Shown here in pieces: positions 29,870 through 39,738 of a stretch of 64,000 nucleotides of DNA. The number at the start of each line of letters is the position of its first letter. Position 1 is the first letter of the stretch. The position numbers and the translations under genes were made by a program. Source of the DNA: an uncultured archaeon (GTDB taxonomy: Archaea > Asgardarchaeota > Lokiarchaeia > Sigyniarchaeales > SOKP01). The stretch spans positions 1 to 64,000 of the forward strand of contig CAZBPC010000004.1 in NCBI GenBank assembly GCA_964493715.1, given 5' to 3'. The notes beneath the pieces are model-generated. The model did not search any database. It worked only from the letters and a program-made list of their open reading frames with translations, and was not told the origin of the DNA.

Positions 29870-30871
29870 TTAAAGATGAAATTCCGTACCTACCATCCCT
29901 AATGTATGAGAAGGATGATAAGCCATTAGTTGATTAAAATTAAAACCAGTACAATGCATTCCACATATGATTTCTGGGTTTAGATCTTCGAAATATTTAA
30001 CTTTTTCTTGAACTTTCTCAATTGGATTCCATTCTTCATGAAACCCTCCGATTACGGCATAAATTTTATCTACACCAGTTAACTTCTGACCATGTTTGAT
30101 TGTATTCATAATTCCACAGTGTCCGCAACCAGTTAAGACTACTAAACCCTTATCTTTAATGTGGAAATAGAGTGAAGTTTCATCCCTGAAAGTATGGTTT
30201 TCAAATTCTTTTCTGTTTTTCATGATATACATTCCTTTTGTTACTTCATCGTCATCAAATAATTCAATTTCCCCACTGGTTGTTATCCCCTTGTATAATT
30301 GAACGGGATCTTTTGTTTCAATTACTTCTATTGCATGCTCACTTGCTAGATTTTGGACTAAACTTCTACTGAATAAGGGCAATTTCCCACTTAACTTCAT
30401 TTTTCCTTCTTTTTCAAGGTGTTTAACTGAACTAACTAAATCTTCTACTGGTAAGTCTTCTCCAGTATTAGTGATTGCAGCAAAAAATTGTTGATAACAG
30501 TCGGGGTTTAAATAAAATTGCGTTCCATTGCTGAGTTCTGGGATTACACTTGATAAACCCCCAAAATGATCAAAATGACCATGGCTTAATATTAATTTCT
30601 CTACATCCTTTAGGTTTATACCAAATTGTTTACAATTTTCCATTATTGCCTGAGTTAATCCTCCTGTATCTAACAAAAAAAAATGACTTGCATCATCTTC
30701 TTGCACTTTTATACTCATTGCAAATCCATGTTCTGCTAGTGCTCTGTTTACACTTTTTCCAGGTTGAATGACTTTGCCATTAAATCGATCTTCCGTTAAC
30801 TTTGTAATGCTCACATCATTAGTAGTCAATACTTTTAACGTTATTTTCCCACTTTCAATTGGTTCCAACAT
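29870..30871 (-). CDS. MBL-fold metallo-hydrolase (MJ0448/DHPS-like group)
   Basis: AEHG, LDTG, SHGHFDHFGG, DETSL, TGCGH, GGFH, HCTG. Confidence 0.85.
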   Translation of the reverse strand: MLEPIESGKITLKVLTTNDVSITKLTEDRFNGKVIQPGKSVNRALAEHGFAMSIKVQEDDASHFFLLDTGGLTQAIMENCKQFGINLKDVEKLILSHGHFDHFGGLSSVIPELSNGTQFYLNPDCYQQFFAAITNTGEDLPVEDLVSSVKHLEKEGKMKLSGKLPLFSRSLVQNLASEHAIEVIETKDPVQLYKGITTSGEIELFDDDEVTKGMYIMKNRKEFENHTFRDETSLYFHIKDKGLVVLTGCGHCGIMNTIKHGQKLTGVDKIYAVIGGFHEEWNPIEKVQEKVKYFEDLNPEIICGMHCTGFNFNQLMAYHPSHTLGMVGTEFHL

Positions 30872-31199
30872 TATTCTCTCTTTTTTAAAATTATTATTCT
30901 ATTTTATTGGATAATTATTCAAATTTTGTTTATTATTTAAATCTAATATTCATTGGAAAATTTGGTTTAGATCAAATGCAATTAGATTTACTAAATTCTA
31001 TTATTGTCGGCACAATAGTGAATGATATGTTAACTAAAATCACTTTTACTTCCATTCTCCTCTCTCTGACCCTACGTAATCTTCTTTCATTTAAAAGAAC
31101 AATGCTTAAATCAAATTAAATGATCTCAAGATATGTTCTATTTATAAGCACAAAGTTCAGAAAATTGTCGGAGTAACCAACTTTTTTTTTGCACTATGG

Positions 31200-31961
31200 A
31201 TGGATCATATGATGCCATTCGATTCAGGATTCAAAATGCACAAAAAAAACGGTGAGACTCCTTTGATTTCTAGTGGAGATTCAAAGCTAGATGAATTATT
31301 AGGAGGAAAAGGATTTCATAAAGATCTAGTATATCTGCTATACGGTGATAAAACTAAGACTACTAATATTTTGTTGACAACGGCCGTGATTTCGCAAAAA
31401 TCTCGGGAACATGGAGGCTTAGGGGAGGGGATCAAGGTTGCATTTATTGATGCGAATAATCGCTTCAATCCATATAATGTTAGCAAGTTTGCGGTTTCCC
31501 AAAACTTATCACCAAGAATTGTATTAGAAAACATCTTGATCGCTCGAGCGTTTACTTGGGATCAAACTATTGAACTTTTAGAAAATCAGCTTTCAAAGCT
31601 CGAGCACGTAAAGGTAGTTATCATATCTGGCATTACTAGTCTCTTTCCTAGTTATGAAAAGAAAAATTTTGAGGAGCTATTAAGGGCAATAAATGGCATC
31701 AAAAGAATTCTTTCAAATACTAGACCATTAATCGTCATCACTGCGCCTCTTAATGAGTTCAGTGCGTTTAGACCTAAAGGGGGTAAAATACTTTCTCATT
31801 TTGGAAACGTGTTAGTTTCGATAATTGATAACGAACGTTTTGTTGAATACACTCTCGTGCAGCATCCTTATTTGGGTGAAAAGCGTTTGTTGAAATGGAA
31901 ACCTCGCGAACCAAAGAGAAGGAATAGCATGAAAAATATGACATTGGATTGCTGGTTCTAA
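31200..31961 (+). CDS. RadA/RecA-fold protein with degenerate Walker A (PolB2-cassette associated)
   Basis: ISSGDSKLDELLGG, FIDANN.F.P and ILIARAFTWDQ, but the P-loop reads YGDKTKTT. Confidence 0.8.
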   Translation: MDHMMPFDSGFKMHKKNGETPLISSGDSKLDELLGGKGFHKDLVYLLYGDKTKTTNILLTTAVISQKSREHGGLGEGIKVAFIDANNRFNPYNVSKFAVSQNLSPRIVLENILIARAFTWDQTIELLENQLSKLEHVKVVIISGITSLFPSYEKKNFEELLRAINGIKRILSNTRPLIVITAPLNEFSAFRPKGGKILSHFGNVLVSIIDNERFVEYTLVQHPYLGEKRLLKWKPREPKRRNSMKNMTLDCWF

Positions 31962-31968
31962 TGTATTG

Positions 31969-32406
31969 TTATTCTTTTTTGTCTTTCTTTTTGTATAAAT
32001 CTGGATTCTTTTCTTTTAACGTGAGGGGATCTCCACCGTATTGTATCTTTCTTCCTTTATAATAGAGATCTGATTTCCCTTCGCAAATCTGGTTCCATTT
32101 AACAAGGCTTAATTTCTTGATCATCAATAAATTATATACTTTTGAATTGTGCGGTGTGAATATCTCAAAATTAACGATTGGCTGAAGTTTTTCACAGGGA
32201 AACTCGTCACATTCATAACAGAAATTATAACCCTTTTGAGAAATACACTCATACGTCTTACAAACGGGAAATTTTGAAATCTGACCTTTATTTTGTCTAC
32301 ATCCCTGACAATTAAAAGCTTTTACTCCAGGACATCTTTTGCAATAGATTCCACATGGAGCATGATCGTTTAAATAAATACTCATAAAGCAATACCAATT
32401 ACTCAT
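31969..32406 (-). CDS. DUF3795-like cysteine-rich protein
   Basis: APCGIYCKRC, CQGCR, CKTYEC, FCYECDEFPCEKL. Confidence 0.8.
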   Translation of the reverse strand: MSNWYCFMSIYLNDHAPCGIYCKRCPGVKAFNCQGCRQNKGQISKFPVCKTYECISQKGYNFCYECDEFPCEKLQPIVNFEIFTPHNSKVYNLLMIKKLSLVKWNQICEGKSDLYYKGRKIQYGGDPLTLKEKNPDLYKKKDKKE

Positions 32407-32461
32407 TTTTTTTACATATGTATTGTTAATTAGTAATTTTGCATAAATTTTAATTTAATTA

Positions 32462-33436
32462 TTATACAAAAAGTTTAGCAGCATTATCATGAAGCCATTT
32501 TCTTTTTACTTCTTCCTTTAATGGCAATTTCATTATACCATCAGCTAATTGAGCAATAGACATCCCCATAAATAACCATGTAGATCCAAATAAAATTTTA
32601 TCCTGCAAAATAGAATTTCCAAAATGAATGAGCGGTTCCCAACCCGTTCCTTTCATTCCCAAATATTTAGGGAGGTGAGATGCGATATCTATGTAAATAT
32701 TGGAATTCCGTAAGGCAACTGCAACCATTTCATTAACCCAAGGCCAACCACCGTGACCTGCAATCATTTTTAATTCAGGAAAATCTTGAGCAACTAAGTC
32801 TAGGTAAATAGGTTTTTCATATTCCATAGAATTTGTTGAATAATTAATTGAAAGATGAAACCATATTGGGATATCAAGTTCAACACAAGTTGAATAAATT
32901 GGATACATCTTTGCATGAGTTGGGGGAATTTTAAACATGAATGGGCGTATCGCAACTCCTCGCATCCCTAATTTGTAAGATCTTCTGATTTCTCTTATAG
33001 CTTTCATTCCCTTTAAGGGATCAATTCCCGCAATTCCTATGAATTTATCGGGGTATTTGTTTACAATTTCAGCATAATAATCATTTGGAAGACCAGAAAT
33101 ACCGCTTGGAGTTTCTTCATCAAGATTAAAAATTACAGCCTTTTCTACTCCCATTTTATCGAGTTTCTGAACAAAATTTTCAACTGAAGACGTTAGTTTC
33201 CTTATGTTAGGTAGATATGGTTTAATAGCTTCTTTTAATTCTGGTGTACTTAGTGTCGCTTTCATATTATAGAGTTCTTCTGCAGTTATACCTAACAATG
33301 GAGCAATTCTCGGACCAAAAATGTCTTTCAGATATCGAGACATTTGAGGAGGTAATGAGATCAATAGATCAATATAAACTTCTTCGGTTGGCACGTAACA
33401 CAACGAATCAATTATCTTATAGTCCATTATTATCAT
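32462..33436 (-). CDS. Amidohydrolase_2 family protein
   Basis: YPDKFIG.A.IDP, YPIY..C.ELDIPI.FH, FPELKMIAGHGGWPW, KILFGST. The N-terminal HxH and the terminal Asp appear degenerate. Confidence 0.8.
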   Translation of the reverse strand: MIIMDYKIIDSLCYVPTEEVYIDLLISLPPQMSRYLKDIFGPRIAPLLGITAEELYNMKATLSTPELKEAIKPYLPNIRKLTSSVENFVQKLDKMGVEKAVIFNLDEETPSGISGLPNDYYAEIVNKYPDKFIGIAGIDPLKGMKAIREIRRSYKLGMRGVAIRPFMFKIPPTHAKMYPIYSTCVELDIPIWFHLSINYSTNSMEYEKPIYLDLVAQDFPELKMIAGHGGWPWVNEMVAVALRNSNIYIDIASHLPKYLGMKGTGWEPLIHFGNSILQDKILFGSTWLFMGMSIAQLADGIMKLPLKEEVKRKWLHDNAAKLFV

Positions 33437-33598
33437 TTTCCTTGAAATATATCTTAATTAAATTCATACTTCTATATATCTCTTCTATTTGTACGTTAAT
33501 GACAAAAATTAGAAATTTTTCAATGCGTGTTCTTTTTAATTGATTGGGAGATTATCCTTCTGGGTTATATATTTGAATTGAAGAGAAGGTTATGTATC

Positions 33599-33874
33599 AT
33601 GTGTGGTAGAACCGTTCCAAGTTTTCGTCCTGCGCTAGAACATGAAATAGAAAGTTGGAAAGATTTCAAGAGAGCGCTTCGTCCTGATGAGCAGAAGATC
33701 TTTGATAGGTTGATGAATTATGCTCGTATTCATGCTGATGCGGGTAGTATGGGAGCTCGCGTTATGCTATCTGAAATATTATTTATCTCTTTTGCAGTCG
33801 AACAAGAAAAAAAAATTGAAAAGTTGGAAACAAGAATAGAAGAATTCGAGAAAAAACTGAATGAGCAAGACTGA
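33599..33874 (+). CDS. Small alpha-helical protein of the archaeal PolB2 cassette (arCOG07300-like)
   Basis: GRTVPSFR.ALE.E..SW..F.RALR...Q..FD.L...AR.H. It ends 3 nt before polB2. The ATG at 33599 is preferred over the track start. Confidence 0.75.
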   Translation: MCGRTVPSFRPALEHEIESWKDFKRALRPDEQKIFDRLMNYARIHADAGSMGARVMLSEILFISFAVEQEKKIEKLETRIEEFEKKLNEQD

Positions 33875-33877
33875 AAA

Positions 33878-36283
33878 GTGGGAGTGATAGAAAATTTTGA
33901 TGGTTGGTTGCTGGATGTTTCAACGCATGCTAATGGCGTGATTTTTTGGGTTAAAACAATAATCGAGGAAAAAACAGTCAAGATTTATTCTGAATTTTAT
34001 CCTGAATTTTTTGCAGTTCCCAAAAAAAGTGTTGGTTATGATTTAAATCAATTAACTAGCATCTTGATGCAAAATCCTAATATAAAAAAAGTAAGGACTT
34101 GCGAGAAATATGTTAAACTAGAGGATCATGAGAAAACAAATGTTTTGGGAGTCTCTGTTGAAAGACCATCAGTATTTAAAGCAACGATAGGAGAAGTTGA
34201 TAAATTAGATATATTTACGCTTTACAACACTGATCTTCCCATTTCTCAGATGTACTACTACGAAAATGATTTATTTCCAATGTCACGTTGCCAATTTAAA
34301 GTGAAATTTAAAAAGGAAGAAGGAAAGCAAAAGATGCATCTCGTTTCTTTTAAGCTTAATGATGATAATGAAAAACTTTTTTACGAATTGCCTCCCCTTA
34401 AAGCAATATGGTTAGATGTAAAGGTGCAACAGCGAGGGTTGAGATCTTATTATAATGATCCTCTTGCCTATGCAGAAATCAGTATTGTGGAAAACGACGA
34501 GGAAAACGTTCCACGTGCTGATGGGTATAAGAAGGAGACATTTCGAATCGATCACGCTGATGAGGCTGAAACGTTGATTGCAATCAGTCAGATGGTTGAA
34601 CAACTTGATCCAGACATTATTCTCACCCAAAAAGGAGATGAATTCATATTTCCCTATTTAGCTGAACGAGCTTCAGCAAATGGAGTATCAAAACAAGTAT
34701 ACTTTTCTCGAAATAAAACACCCTTAAAGAATTGCATTTTCAACCTTTCTGGAGGTTCAGATCATTACATGTCATATGGAGTCATACGGCATCGTTCCAA
34801 AAACCAAGTCTATTTCACGGGAAGATTTCATCTCGATACCACTTCATATGCAAGTCTTCACTTCACTGAAGGCAATATTCCCGGAGTCATTGAAGTAGCC
34901 CGAATTTCGAGAGTTCCATTACAAAGACTGAGTAGAATAACCATAGGTGGCGCTTTACAATCAATTCAATTCTATTATGCATACAAGCTTGACCATTTAA
35001 TTCCACCCTTCAAAAAAAGCCCTGAAGAGTTTAGATCCGGAATTGATTTAATTCAAGGTGATCGTGGAGGACACATCTTCGAACCACTAATTGGTGTCTT
35101 CGATCAAGTAGTTGAATTAGATTTTTCCTCAATGTATCCTTCTATAATGGCAAATTTTAACGTTTCATCGGAAACTATCAACTGTAAGTGTTGCAAGGAT
35201 GATGGTACGGGAATTAAAGTCCCTGGTCTCGATTTTCACATTTGCTCTAAGCGACAAGGAATCATTTCTAAAGCAATCAGCTTGCCATTAACAAAAAGAT
35301 TGAAATGTAAGGAACATGTTCGAAAAACAAATAGTCTTCGATATCAATTTGTGGACACTGCATTAAAATGGGTTCTTGTAGTAAGTTTTGGCTATTTAGG
35401 GTTTAGGAATGCTAGATTTGGTAAGATTGAAGCTCATCAAACGGTTTGTGCCTTTTCTCGAGATTTTCTAATGCATGCTGCTGAAATTGCAGAAGAAAAC
35501 GGATGTAAAATCATTCACGGAATCGTGGATTCAATGTGGCTCCAAGATGCTAAGGGTAGATCTCCCGAAGATTTCGAGGAAGTAACAAAAAAGATTGCAG
35601 ACGACATCACTGCTCAAACCAGCATTCATATGAGTTGGGATGGCAAATTTGATGTAATACTATTCCTTCCTTCTCGAGCAGAACCAGATGTTCCAGCATT
35701 AAGCCATTATTGGGGAATAAAAAGTGATGGAGAAATTAAAGTCCGAGGGATCGAAGTTAGAAGACGAGACATTCCTAATATCATAAAAGATGCTCAATAC
35801 GCCTTTATTGACACTTTCAAAGGGGTAAAAACTGTTGAAGAGTTTAAAAATCGAATACCAGAAGTAAAAAAAGTACTACTCCATTATGTTAATAAGATTG
35901 AAACTGGAAATATATCCAAAGAAGAGTTAACAATCAAGCAACGAATCTCACGAAAACCAAGCAAATATAAAGTGAACTCTTACCAAGCAGTTGCGGCTAG
36001 ACAGCTGGAACGATCAGGAATTATGGCGACCCCCGGTAAGAACGTTTTTTATATAATATTGAATGCAGATGCAGATCCACGTTTTCCCGAGCAAAAAATC
36101 ATTCTTTCCGATTTGTATGAAGAGAAACGACATCACTATGATAAGAAGAAATATGTAGAGCTACTCAGACGAGCATTCGAAAACTTGTTTCCATTTAAAA
36201 TTCCTGAACTTGAAGAGTCCTTGAAATCAAATCTAAATCGGAACTCAACTCAAAAAGATTTAGTCTGTTACCTTGGGGAATAA
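33878..36283 (+). CDS. polB2: Family B DNA polymerase, PolB2 (Dpo2-like, degenerate motifs)
   Basis: Motif A DFSSMYPSIM is intact. Motif B reads ALKWVLVVSFGYLG, motif C reads HGIVDS (versus YGDTDS), and KVRGIE is present. Exonuclease motifs are degenerate. Confidence 0.88.
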   Translation: MGVIENFDGWLLDVSTHANGVIFWVKTIIEEKTVKIYSEFYPEFFAVPKKSVGYDLNQLTSILMQNPNIKKVRTCEKYVKLEDHEKTNVLGVSVERPSVFKATIGEVDKLDIFTLYNTDLPISQMYYYENDLFPMSRCQFKVKFKKEEGKQKMHLVSFKLNDDNEKLFYELPPLKAIWLDVKVQQRGLRSYYNDPLAYAEISIVENDEENVPRADGYKKETFRIDHADEAETLIAISQMVEQLDPDIILTQKGDEFIFPYLAERASANGVSKQVYFSRNKTPLKNCIFNLSGGSDHYMSYGVIRHRSKNQVYFTGRFHLDTTSYASLHFTEGNIPGVIEVARISRVPLQRLSRITIGGALQSIQFYYAYKLDHLIPPFKKSPEEFRSGIDLIQGDRGGHIFEPLIGVFDQVVELDFSSMYPSIMANFNVSSETINCKCCKDDGTGIKVPGLDFHICSKRQGIISKAISLPLTKRLKCKEHVRKTNSLRYQFVDTALKWVLVVSFGYLGFRNARFGKIEAHQTVCAFSRDFLMHAAEIAEENGCKIIHGIVDSMWLQDAKGRSPEDFEEVTKKIADDITAQTSIHMSWDGKFDVILFLPSRAEPDVPALSHYWGIKSDGEIKVRGIEVRRRDIPNIIKDAQYAFIDTFKGVKTVEEFKNRIPEVKKVLLHYVNKIETGNISKEELTIKQRISRKPSKYKVNSYQAVAARQLERSGIMATPGKNVFYIILNADADPRFPEQKIILSDLYEEKRHHYDKKKYVELLRRAFENLFPFKIPELEESLKSNLNRNSTQKDLVCYLGE

Positions 36284-36341
36284 AAAAATAAAAATTGGTT
36301 CCTATTTTATCTTAAATATATTATCAACTAAATTATAACGT

Positions 36342-36941
36342 GTGATTGAAGTGTTCCATGATATACCAGAATCCATAAAAAATCGAATGCAATATTTAGA
36401 AGAATTAGATCAGCAAGATAGACTTGATGGAACTCCTAGAATGGAAAGACTCCGTCAAATATCTCCTGAAATTGGAAAATTTATATCTATTTTAGCAGCA
36501 AGTGCGCCAGAAGGAGAACTCTTGGAAATTGGAACCAGCGCTGGTTATTCGGCATTATGGATATCACTAACCTGTCGACTTCTGGAAAGAAAATTGATTA
36601 CATTTGAAATATTACAAGAGAAAGTAAAACTGGCATCAGAAACCTTTGAATTAACTAATACAAATGATATAATCAAATTAATTGAAGGGGATGCTCGACA
36701 ATATATTCCTAATTTTAATAATATCTCTTTTTGCTTCCTAGATGCGGAGAAAGAAATATATGGGGAATGCTATGATCTACTAATTCCAAATATGATAAAA
36801 GGGGGTATCTTGGTGGCCGATAATGCTATTAACCATTATGAAACATTAAAACCAATGCTTGAAAGATGTCTTGCTGATGAACGAGTAGACGCCTTGATTG
36901 TACCTATTGGAAAAGGAGAATTAGTATGTAGAAAATTATAG
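36342..36941 (+). CDS. SAM-dependent O-methyltransferase (YrrM/MdmC-like)
   Basis: [27 protein letters not shown]. Confidence 0.88.
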   Translation: MIEVFHDIPESIKNRMQYLEELDQQDRLDGTPRMERLRQISPEIGKFISILAASAPEGELLEIGTSAGYSALWISLTCRLLERKLITFEILQEKVKLASETFELTNTNDIIKLIEGDARQYIPNFNNISFCFLDAEKEIYGECYDLLIPNMIKGGILVADNAINHYETLKPMLERCLADERVDALIVPIGKGELVCRKL

Positions 36942-37066
36942 TTAGCTAAATAAATTTGAAGGTTTTAAGATATTTGGCTAATAAGACTTATTTAAATATT
37001 TACACATTAGTAGTCCTTTATTAAATTAATAGAAATAAAAAAAAGAAAATGACGATTTAAGAAAAG

Positions 37067-37690
37067 TTACATAAAAGATTGTCTTAGTACCGTTTTCATA
37101 GTAGAAGGGTTGGCTTTTCTCGGGTCACTAAGATAAATTTCATGATGTTTCCTTCTATGACCATCAAATTTCCCTCCTTCTCTTTTAATGAAATCATGCA
37201 CCTTTTGAACCGTAGGACCTTCCTCTGAATACGGACCGATGTGCATTATTTGAGCCGCCCGACCTTCTCTATATCTCTCAAAGCGGAGTTTTGAAAGCAG
37301 TTCTGATAGTTCTGGATTTTTTTCATTTGTAATTTTTATCGCTTCATTTATCATTTCAGGATTAATCCAATCAGGTTGCATTATCATCATCGTCCACTTC
37401 CATTTATCTCGATTCCCTTCTGTAAAATCATTCATATCATCAGCCCACCATACTCCTTCTAGTGGAGGAACTACATAATCTTTTCCTTTTGCTTTACTAA
37501 GAAATTTAGTTTTAAATGCAATCGGATATAACACAGCAAGAGCATCTTGGTATTCTTTTGAATCTCCTGGGGAACCAATTCCATCTATCATTAAGAACTG
37601 CATTTCTGGAACTTCTACTAACACGACTTCTTTTGAACTTGGTTGGTAAAATTCCTTTAGGGTTTTTTTAAAATCTACTTTCACTGGCAT
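37067..37690 (-). CDS. GyrI-like small-molecule binding protein
   Basis: FLMIDG.G.P, YVVPPLEGVWW, W.WTMMIMQP, HIGPYSEE, HHEIYLSDPR. Confidence 0.88.
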   Translation of the reverse strand: MPVKVDFKKTLKEFYQPSSKEVVLVEVPEMQFLMIDGIGSPGDSKEYQDALAVLYPIAFKTKFLSKAKGKDYVVPPLEGVWWADDMNDFTEGNRDKWKWTMMIMQPDWINPEMINEAIKITNEKNPELSELLSKLRFERYREGRAAQIMHIGPYSEEGPTVQKVHDFIKREGGKFDGHRRKHHEIYLSDPRKANPSTMKTVLRQSFM

Positions 37691-37705
37691 TTTTCATCAT
37701 TTAGG

Positions 37706-37837
37706 TTAATCTCTTGGTTGAAAACTTTTTGTAGGACAATTTTCAGCGTCTAAAGTTGCGGGAACTTCATGTCCGAAACAATCTCCCTTTGCATCATCTA
37801 TTGGGTTATAAAACTTACAATCTTTACATTGAGCCAT
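37706..37837 (-). CDS. 43-aa four-Cys mini-protein (BssC/HiPIP-like Fe-S spacing); not in the ORF track
   Basis: MAQCKDCKFYNPIDDAKGDCFGHEVPATLDAENCPTKSFQPRD; ends 15 nt before the GyrI-like gene on the same strand. Confidence 0.75.
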   Translation of the reverse strand: MAQCKDCKFYNPIDDAKGDCFGHEVPATLDAENCPTKSFQPRD

Positions 37838-37976
37838 TACTTTTTCACACTAACCATAATTTTTTATAAGGTTGAGTTATATAATTATTTGTGAGTTTAA
37901 ATAAATAATGTTTGAATAAAATACATCAATAATACTTCACAAATAAATAGAATGTAAAAAAGAGTTTTAAATAAAA

Positions 37977-38975
37977 ATGTATGATTTAGGATTCCTTCAA
38001 GAATTTGGGTTTTCTGACATTCAAATCAGAATCTATGAATACCTTCTAAAAAACCGATTTGGAGCTATCGAAAGCATAAAACGAGAATTAAACTATTCAT
38101 ATACTCAAGTTAGAGATAATCTAAATTATTTAGAAAAAGAAAAACTCATCGCATCCTCAGAGGGAAAGCCAAAAAACTATTTCAGAGTCAATCCCAAAAT
38201 TGCATTGACAGAAAAATTAAAAAGAAAAGCAAATAAGATATCAGAAAAAATTGAAAAATTAGAAGAAGAGATTACCATTGAAGAAAGCAAAGTAGGAATT
38301 TGTGAAAGAAATATTACTTTTTATCACCATTCTGATATAACTATTGGTTTAGATTATATTTACGAAATAATTGATAAAGCAGAAGAACAAATTATCTTGT
38401 CATCCTTACCCCCTACGCTTTTAAAAAAATTAGAGCGAGCATTATATAGGGCTTTTTTGAAAGGAATTAGGATTATTATATATTTCTCAAAACTGGATTT
38501 CGATTTGATTGATAATTATTTTAGTTATATTACTGATCTCCTAAAAAACATTAAAGCTGAAATAATTGAGACCAGTGAAAAAACTTGTCGTTTTATCAGG
38601 TTTAATGATTTGATAGTAAATGAAGGAATAATTTTGATTGATAAATATTTTAATTCTGTTTTGTTTGTCGAAGATGATTACTTTCATTTTAACGGATTTT
38701 ATATGCCAAATATGGCTGAAAGCGTAGCTAATATGCTTAAAGCTAAAACTGTAATTAAATCAGTCGAAATAAACCCGAGTCCAATTCAAAACGTGTTGAA
38801 TTTAATTAGAAATAAATCCGAGATTAAAACTCGGGAATTGGGGATTCAATCAAAATTAACCGGTTCCAAACTTAGAGAAATTCTTGAATATTTAATCAAA
38901 GAGAAAATGATTGTGGAAGAGATAATTCAAGGAGAAATAGGAAGACCGAAAAGAGTATACTCCATAATTGAATAA
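37977..38975 (+). CDS. TrmB-family transcriptional regulator with second C-terminal wHTH
   Basis: N-terminal wHTH (LQEFGFS..Q.RIY..L...GKPK.Y..V.P), effector-binding region (IIDKAEEQIILS), C-terminal HTH ending GRPKRVY. Confidence 0.85.
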   Translation: MYDLGFLQEFGFSDIQIRIYEYLLKNRFGAIESIKRELNYSYTQVRDNLNYLEKEKLIASSEGKPKNYFRVNPKIALTEKLKRKANKISEKIEKLEEEITIEESKVGICERNITFYHHSDITIGLDYIYEIIDKAEEQIILSSLPPTLLKKLERALYRAFLKGIRIIIYFSKLDFDLIDNYFSYITDLLKNIKAEIIETSEKTCRFIRFNDLIVNEGIILIDKYFNSVLFVEDDYFHFNGFYMPNMAESVANMLKAKTVIKSVEINPSPIQNVLNLIRNKSEIKTRELGIQSKLTGSKLREILEYLIKEKMIVEEIIQGEIGRPKRVYSIIE

Positions 38976-38989
38976 TAAAAGAAAAAAAA

Positions 38990-39538
38990 TTAAGGAATTA
39001 TAATAATTCCAAAGAAATCCAAAATGATAAAACTTAAAGCTATTAACTCTAAGATCATCCATATACTTCGCTTTAAACTTCTAAAACTTTTAAACCCTTT
39101 ACCTGAATAATTTATAATGTTATATATCACTATAATTATCCAAGCTGTCAACAAGAACACGATTGGTAGCAATAGTGTTAGCAAATTATATCCCGTAAAA
39201 TCTAATAAGTATTTGTAGCCAAGAAATGTAAATGCGATTATTACGAAAGTAAATCCGAGCCCAAAAGAATATTCAGCAAACGTGACAAATTGATTAACCT
39301 TCTTTCTATCCACATTCTTTAACCTTGATTCAAATTTAGCCTTAGAATTAGTAGATACTGAGTTTACAAAGAAAATAAATGCTAGCATTAAGAGAAACGT
39401 CACGGTTACAATTCCATTACTTGGAACATTTTGCCAAATTAACGCGAGTATGGTTAATACTGCGCCTATCATTACAGTACTCAGAGTGATCCAATCTCTG
39501 ACATTGAGTTTTTCTTCTTTGGTTTCCATTTTTATCAT
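38990..39538 (-). CDS. Membrane protein (about 5 TM)
   Basis: Hydrophobic segments; no family recognised. Confidence 0.7.
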   Translation of the reverse strand: MIKMETKEEKLNVRDWITLSTVMIGAVLTILALIWQNVPSNGIVTVTFLLMLAFIFFVNSVSTNSKAKFESRLKNVDRKKVNQFVTFAEYSFGLGFTFVIIAFTFLGYKYLLDFTGYNLLTLLLPIVFLLTAWIIIVIYNIINYSGKGFKSFRSLKRSIWMILELIALSFIILDFFGIIIIP

Positions 39539-39738
39539 TATCTATAAGTTTGTTATAATATAATTCGCTTTATTATTTTAAAAATCTTAAATAGTTTTGA
39601 TTTTAAATTGAAAAGGTTTAATTTCATAATGTTAATTTATAAAATATGTTCAAAAAACTGTTCATAAATAATTTCAAAAAACATTACAATACATTTATAA
39701 GTAAGTATTTCATATATTTTATTTAGAGGTGTTCATCT

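Noticed and set aside
29870-30871. Other Cys-rich genes (MBL hydrolase, DUF3795, Fe-S proteins) as further selenoproteins
   Set aside because: They are full length with ordinary Cys codons, and no in-frame TGA or SECIS-like hairpin was seen downstream.
31002-31017. Palindrome TATTGT-CGGC-ACAATA upstream of the RadA-like gene as an SOS-like operator
   Set aside because: Only 6-bp AT-rich arms, and no matching copy was seen upstream of the polB2 pair.
30907-31119. 70-aa ORF in the divergent promoter gap
   Set aside because: TTG start, low-information composition, and it occupies the expected promoter region of two divergent genes.
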